Shown here: in pieces, positions 60,471 through 64,000 of the stretch
Layout of the letters: each line of letters opens with the position of its first letter
How positions within the stretch are numbered: position 1 is the first letter of the stretch
From: Candidatus Krumholzibacteriia bacterium
GTDB taxonomy: Bacteria > Krumholzibacteriota > Krumholzibacteriia > JAJRXK01
Length of the DNA stretch: 64,000 bases
Assembly (NCBI GenBank): GCA_041484665.1
Contig: JBGPIA010000021.1
Span: forward strand, 1-64,000
Direction of reading: 5' to 3'
Notes under the pieces: model-generated
The model's database searches: none
What the model saw: the letters and a program-made list of their open reading frames with translations, nothing else
Told to the model about the DNA's origin: nothing
Position numbers and translations under genes: made by a program

Positions 60471-61241
60471 ATGATCTTCTCCGGCATAGTGGTCTTCTTC
60501 GTTGCGGTCATCCTCATGAACTCGATCCGCGTGATGCGGGAGTACGAGCGCGCCGTCGTCTTCCGGCTGGGCCGCTACGTGGGCAGCCGCGGCCCCGGGC
60601 TCATCATCCTCGTCCCATTCATCGAGCGCATGGTCAAGGTCAGCCTGCGCACCGTGACCATGGACGTCCCGCCACAGGACGTGATCACCCGCGACAACGT
60701 CTCGGTGCGCGTCAACGCCGTGGTCTATTTCCGCGTGCTGGAGCCGCACAAGAGCATCATTGAGGTGGAGGACTTCCTGTTCGCCACCAGCCAGCTGGCC
60801 CAGACCACGCTGCGTAGCGTTGTGGGGCAGGCGGAAATGGACGAGCTGTTGTCCGAGCGCGACAGGCTCAACACGCGCATGCAGTCGATCCTCGACGAGG
60901 CGACCGATCCATGGGGGATCAAGGTGAACCTCGTGGAGATGAAGGACGTCGAGCTGGGCCCCGAAATGAAGCGCGCCATGGCCCGCCAGGCCGAGGCCGA
61001 GCGCGAGCGCCGCGCCAAGGTGATCCATGCCGAAGGCGAGTTCCAGGCCAGCGAGCGTCTCGCGCAGGCCGCCCACGTCATCGAGGCCCATCCCATGGCG
61101 TTGCAACTGCGCTACCTGCAGGCGCTGGTCGAGATCTCCTCCGAGCACAACTCGACCACGATCTTCCCCGTGCCCATCGACCTGATCTCGTCGTTCTTGA
61201 AGGGCCGCGGTGAGGGGCCGCCCCCGCAGCCCGCGCGCTAG
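60471..61241 (+). CDS. SPFH/stomatin (slipin) family protein
   Basis: [48 protein letters not shown]; paired with nfeD. Confidence 0.95.
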   Translation: MIFSGIVVFFVAVILMNSIRVMREYERAVVFRLGRYVGSRGPGLIILVPFIERMVKVSLRTVTMDVPPQDVITRDNVSVRVNAVVYFRVLEPHKSIIEVEDFLFATSQLAQTTLRSVVGQAEMDELLSERDRLNTRMQSILDEATDPWGIKVNLVEMKDVELGPEMKRAMARQAEAERERRAKVIHAEGEFQASERLAQAAHVIEAHPMALQLRYLQALVEISSEHNSTTIFPVPIDLISSFLKGRGEGPPPQPAR

Positions 61242-61284
61242 CAATCATCGCCGCTGGAGTTCCCCAGCCCTCACGCAGGAGAGC

Positions 61285-62295
61285 ATGATGGATGATGGAC
61301 GTAGCTGTGCCCGCCAGACGTGCCTGTTGGAGGTGCTCCTGGTGCTCCTGGGGGTGCTGGTGCGCGTCGGCGCGGCCCAGGCACGGGACGAGGCGTGCGC
61401 GCGGACCGCAACGGTCGCGACGAGTGCGGCGGTGCCGCTGCGAGGGGCTACGGCAACGAGCGGCGTGGTGACACGAGGCGATGCGGTGGCGCTGGGCCAG
61501 GTGGCGTCTCGCGGGCGCGCTGCGGCGGGCAGCGATGCGGGAGACAGGCAGGCCGCGGAGGGCAGCGACACGGAAAACAAGCAGGCGGCGGTGGGCAGCG
61601 ATGCGGAAGCCAGGCAGTCGGCGGTGGGCAGCGACACGTTGGCGCAGGGTGGAGCGCCAGTGCCCACGGAAGACGTCGCACAGATCCAGCCTCACGCGTT
61701 TGCCATCGAGGTCCGCGCAGGCGCTCTCGCGGCAGGACGGCTGTTCCGCGCGGTCGCCGACGCGAGCCAGAGCTGGGTCTCCCCGGCCGGCACGCTGTTC
61801 GGAACGGAAGTGGAGACCGAGATCGACGAGAATGTCCTGGGTGGGTTGGGATTCGAGTACCGGCCCGTGCCGCGTCTCACGCTGGGGGCGGGGCTCTCGG
61901 TGACCACCCTCAATCTCACGGCGCACGTGCGCAGCGCAACGGACGAGGTCAATCTCTTCGATTATGACAAGGCAACGGCATTCTTCGTCGACGCCACGCT
62001 TTCCTACGACCTCGTCGCGACCCGCTCGACGCCCTACGTGACGGCGGGCGGCGGCCTGGTTACGCTCAATTTCGACCACGGCGGCGACTTGAACCAGACG
62101 ATCCCCCATATTGCCGTCGGCGGCGGCTACCGCTGGCGGCTCGGCGGCGACCTCGAGGTCACCGCAGACGTCCGCGATGCCTTCTGCTCGTTCGATTTCA
62201 GCAATGAGCCCTTGCGCCGGCAGGCCACCAGCTACGACGGGACCAGCCGGCTGCAGTTGTGGCAATTCGGGCTTGCCGCGAGCCTTTGGTTCTGA
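61285..62295 (+). CDS. Outer-membrane beta-barrel protein with repeat-containing N-terminal linker
   Basis: Signal-like LLEVLLVLLGVLVRVGAAQA; amphipathic strands, PYVTAGGG; terminal aromatic SLWF. Confidence 0.75.
   Translation: MMDDGRSCARQTCLLEVLLVLLGVLVRVGAAQARDEACARTATVATSAAVPLRGATATSGVVTRGDAVALGQVASRGRAAAGSDAGDRQAAEGSDTENKQAAVGSDAEARQSAVGSDTLAQGGAPVPTEDVAQIQPHAFAIEVRAGALAAGRLFRAVADASQSWVSPAGTLFGTEVETEIDENVLGGLGFEYRPVPRLTLGAGLSVTTLNLTAHVRSATDEVNLFDYDKATAFFVDATLSYDLVATRSTPYVTAGGGLVTLNFDHGGDLNQTIPHIAVGGGYRWRLGGDLEVTADVRDAFCSFDFSNEPLRRQATSYDGTSRLQLWQFGLAASLWF
61519..61650 (+). repeat. Four degenerate 33-bp tandem repeats in coding sequence
   Basis: Units AAAGSDAGDRQ / AAEGSDTENKQ / AAVGSDAEARQ / SAVGSDTLAQG with shared GGCAGCGA core. 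Confidence 0.85.
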
Positions 62296-62364
62296 GCCTG
62301 CGCGAGTGGCGCTTGCGGACCGCACACGCGTCACCAGCGCGAGCCGTTGAGGAGTGACCGTCGC

Positions 62365-63008
62365 GGGTCGCTTGGCCTGATGTGCGCAAGCCCCTCATCC
62401 GTGCAGCGCGTGCGGCTTCTTCGCGCCTGCGATGCGCCAGGCCGGTGGCGTCGTTTGGCCTGCGGCGTCGTCTTGGATCTTTGGAGCTGTGGGCGCTCTC
62501 TTGGTGCGCGGCGGATCGTGCAGACCTGTCCTGATGGCCGTGACGTGCACGGTTTCCAGGACACCTGCGATCCGATTGCTTGCATTCGAGTTGCGAGCTT
62601 TGCGCCAAAACGTGTCCTGATCGCCGGGCATCGGTGTCAACGACCTGCCGCACGCCGCGCTGCTACCTCGCGCGCAAGTCGTTGCACCGGATGCTTGTGC
62701 GCGTGTCCTCCATGCGCGAGCGCCTGGCGGCTGAGGTCGCGGCGATGCAGGCGCGTGAGCTCACGCTGCCCGAGGCGGACCACCTGATGGTCGAGGCGAT
62801 CCGCAATGGGCTGCTGCCAGCCTCAAGGCTCCCGAAGGTCTTGGAGGCCTGGGGGCGGCCGCGACACCAGGCAATTCAGCCTCGCACTGCGTGGTCCTTC
62901 TACAACGCCTTCACCGACCTCGCAAGGTGCACGCGCCCGCGGGCGCCGGTACAGGACACGATGCTCCTCACGCACGTATACCGCAGGGAAATCCTGCTGG
63001 GGGGGTAG
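62365..63008 (+). pseudogene. Decayed DUF932-like (phage/plasmid/ICE-associated) gene
   Basis: C-terminal LPKVLEAWGRPRHQAIQPRTAWSFYNAFT resembles the DUF932 W..P.H..F.PRT.WSL.NAFT motif; upstream part is split across frames. Confidence 0.5.
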
Positions 63009-63079
63009 AAGTACGAGAGGTTGCCCGGCAGGGCTGGGCAGCCTCGTTTCACACCTGGCGCGACGTCAAGCGTTGAACC

Positions 63080-63847
63080 CTACCCGTTGCGATTACCTGG
63101 GCCCGTGGTTGGCCACGGCGGAGGGCTGCATCGCGCCTCCCACTCGGCCAACGCGTCACGCACGGTCGTTCGGTCGAGACCGAGCACCGGACGAGCAAGA
63201 CCCAACGGACACCTCAGCAGTAGGCACGGGGACGCGTGGCGGAGCGCCAGCGGCCGGCACTGTTGCCAAAACCTCCGCGGCGTGACCCCGGTCGCTCCCT
63301 TGAACGCCACGAAGGCATGGGCCCTGCTCTGGTACCCCATCGCATCGAGCGCATCCCCGGCCCGAAGCGCTGACTGCCGCCATAGCTCATCCATAGCCCG
63401 CAGCACGCTGCAGGAGCGGATGAGTCTTCCTGGAGATGACCCCGGCGTTAGGTCGAGGGCGAGACCTGCGCGCGGGACGCGAAGTTCAGTCGCCCACACC
63501 TTGACGGACATCACCGGATCGCGTTCCCGCAGCAAGGCACCCAGCGCTGCATCCACGAGAGGACACCGGGCTCGATGCCGAATGGCACGAAGCAACGCCG
63601 GCCAGCAGCGCTCAAGGCACGGGAGCTCGTGGATGGACGCCGACGAACTCGAGGCAGAGTGGGGACGATTGTGCGACATGCACCCTCCCCAGCCGCGCAT
63701 CAGGGCAAAAGCCTGCCGTCGCGCGGGCAATGTTGCCAAACTGGGGAGAGTGCGCGAGCAGCGTTCACATCCTGCATCGCCGACCGACGCGGCGCAAGTC
63801 CCAAAGATGCCGGGCAGCTGATATCGCGCGCCAGTGTCAAATATCAC
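63080..63847 (-). CDS. AraC-like helix-turn-helix regulator (divergent, possibly degenerate)
   Basis: SVKVWATEL...SPGRLIR...R...A.DAMGYQSRAHAFVAFKGATGVTPRRF matches the AraC C-terminal signature. Confidence 0.6.
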   Translation of the reverse strand: MIFDTGARYQLPGIFGTCAASVGDAGCERCSRTLPSLATLPARRQAFALMRGWGGCMSHNRPHSASSSSASIHELPCLERCWPALLRAIRHRARCPLVDAALGALLRERDPVMSVKVWATELRVPRAGLALDLTPGSSPGRLIRSCSVLRAMDELWRQSALRAGDALDAMGYQSRAHAFVAFKGATGVTPRRFWQQCRPLALRHASPCLLLRCPLGLARPVLGLDRTTVRDALAEWEARCSPPPWPTTGPGNRNG

Positions 63848-64000
63848 GTTTCCAGATGCCTACTACGGACTTGGCTCCAAAGTCACGACCGAGATCTCCG
63901 CGCATGACTGAGGCTATGGCCAATTGAAAATCATTATCGAACTGGTACGGGTCGCTGCTTGTGCGGATGTTACTGGCGATGTTGCCTGCCTCTCTGACTA

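Noticed and set aside
61519..61650. CRISPR array
   Set aside because: Degenerate in-frame tandem repeats with no unique spacers and no cas genes

Overview
A high-GC bacterial chromosomal window made up mostly of core genes. The FlgD/T9SS-like C-terminal tail on the S8 protease hints at an FCB-group candidate lineage (inference). It opens with the 3' end of an rRNA operon (23S, 5S, terminator). It then carries a thioesterase, three proteases (S8, SppA, metzincin lipoprotein), thiG-thiH-thiS, an SxtJ/carbamoyltransferase/DUF5989/MFS block, two tandem GAPDH paralogues plus glucan phosphorylase, pabB-pabC-like genes and a complete nuoA-N operon (fused CD, short NuoG, extended NuoH). Next come a sulfatase-like protein, a translationally coupled AMMECR1-suhB-cutA-SAM hydrolase-MBL operon, metH, membrane/SGNH genes, phoH-lgt-two RNA methyltransferases, phzF-nfeD-SPFH and an outer-membrane beta-barrel. 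It ends in a compositionally different tail with a decayed DUF932-like gene and an AraC-like regulator. The best candidate for something new is the GAPDH pair: the first copy keeps the catalytic Cys/His and an almost identical S-loop but has lost anion-binding residues (Arg231->Asn, Gly209->Tyr, DNE->DNG), suggesting a pseudo-enzyme, a regulatory subunit of a heterotetramer, or a new activity. Other points: two unannotated small membrane ORFs, two single-base frameshifts at G runs (probably sequencing errors), several apparently leaderless genes and frequent low-complexity in-frame insertions. No CRISPR array, tRNA or intact mobile element was seen.
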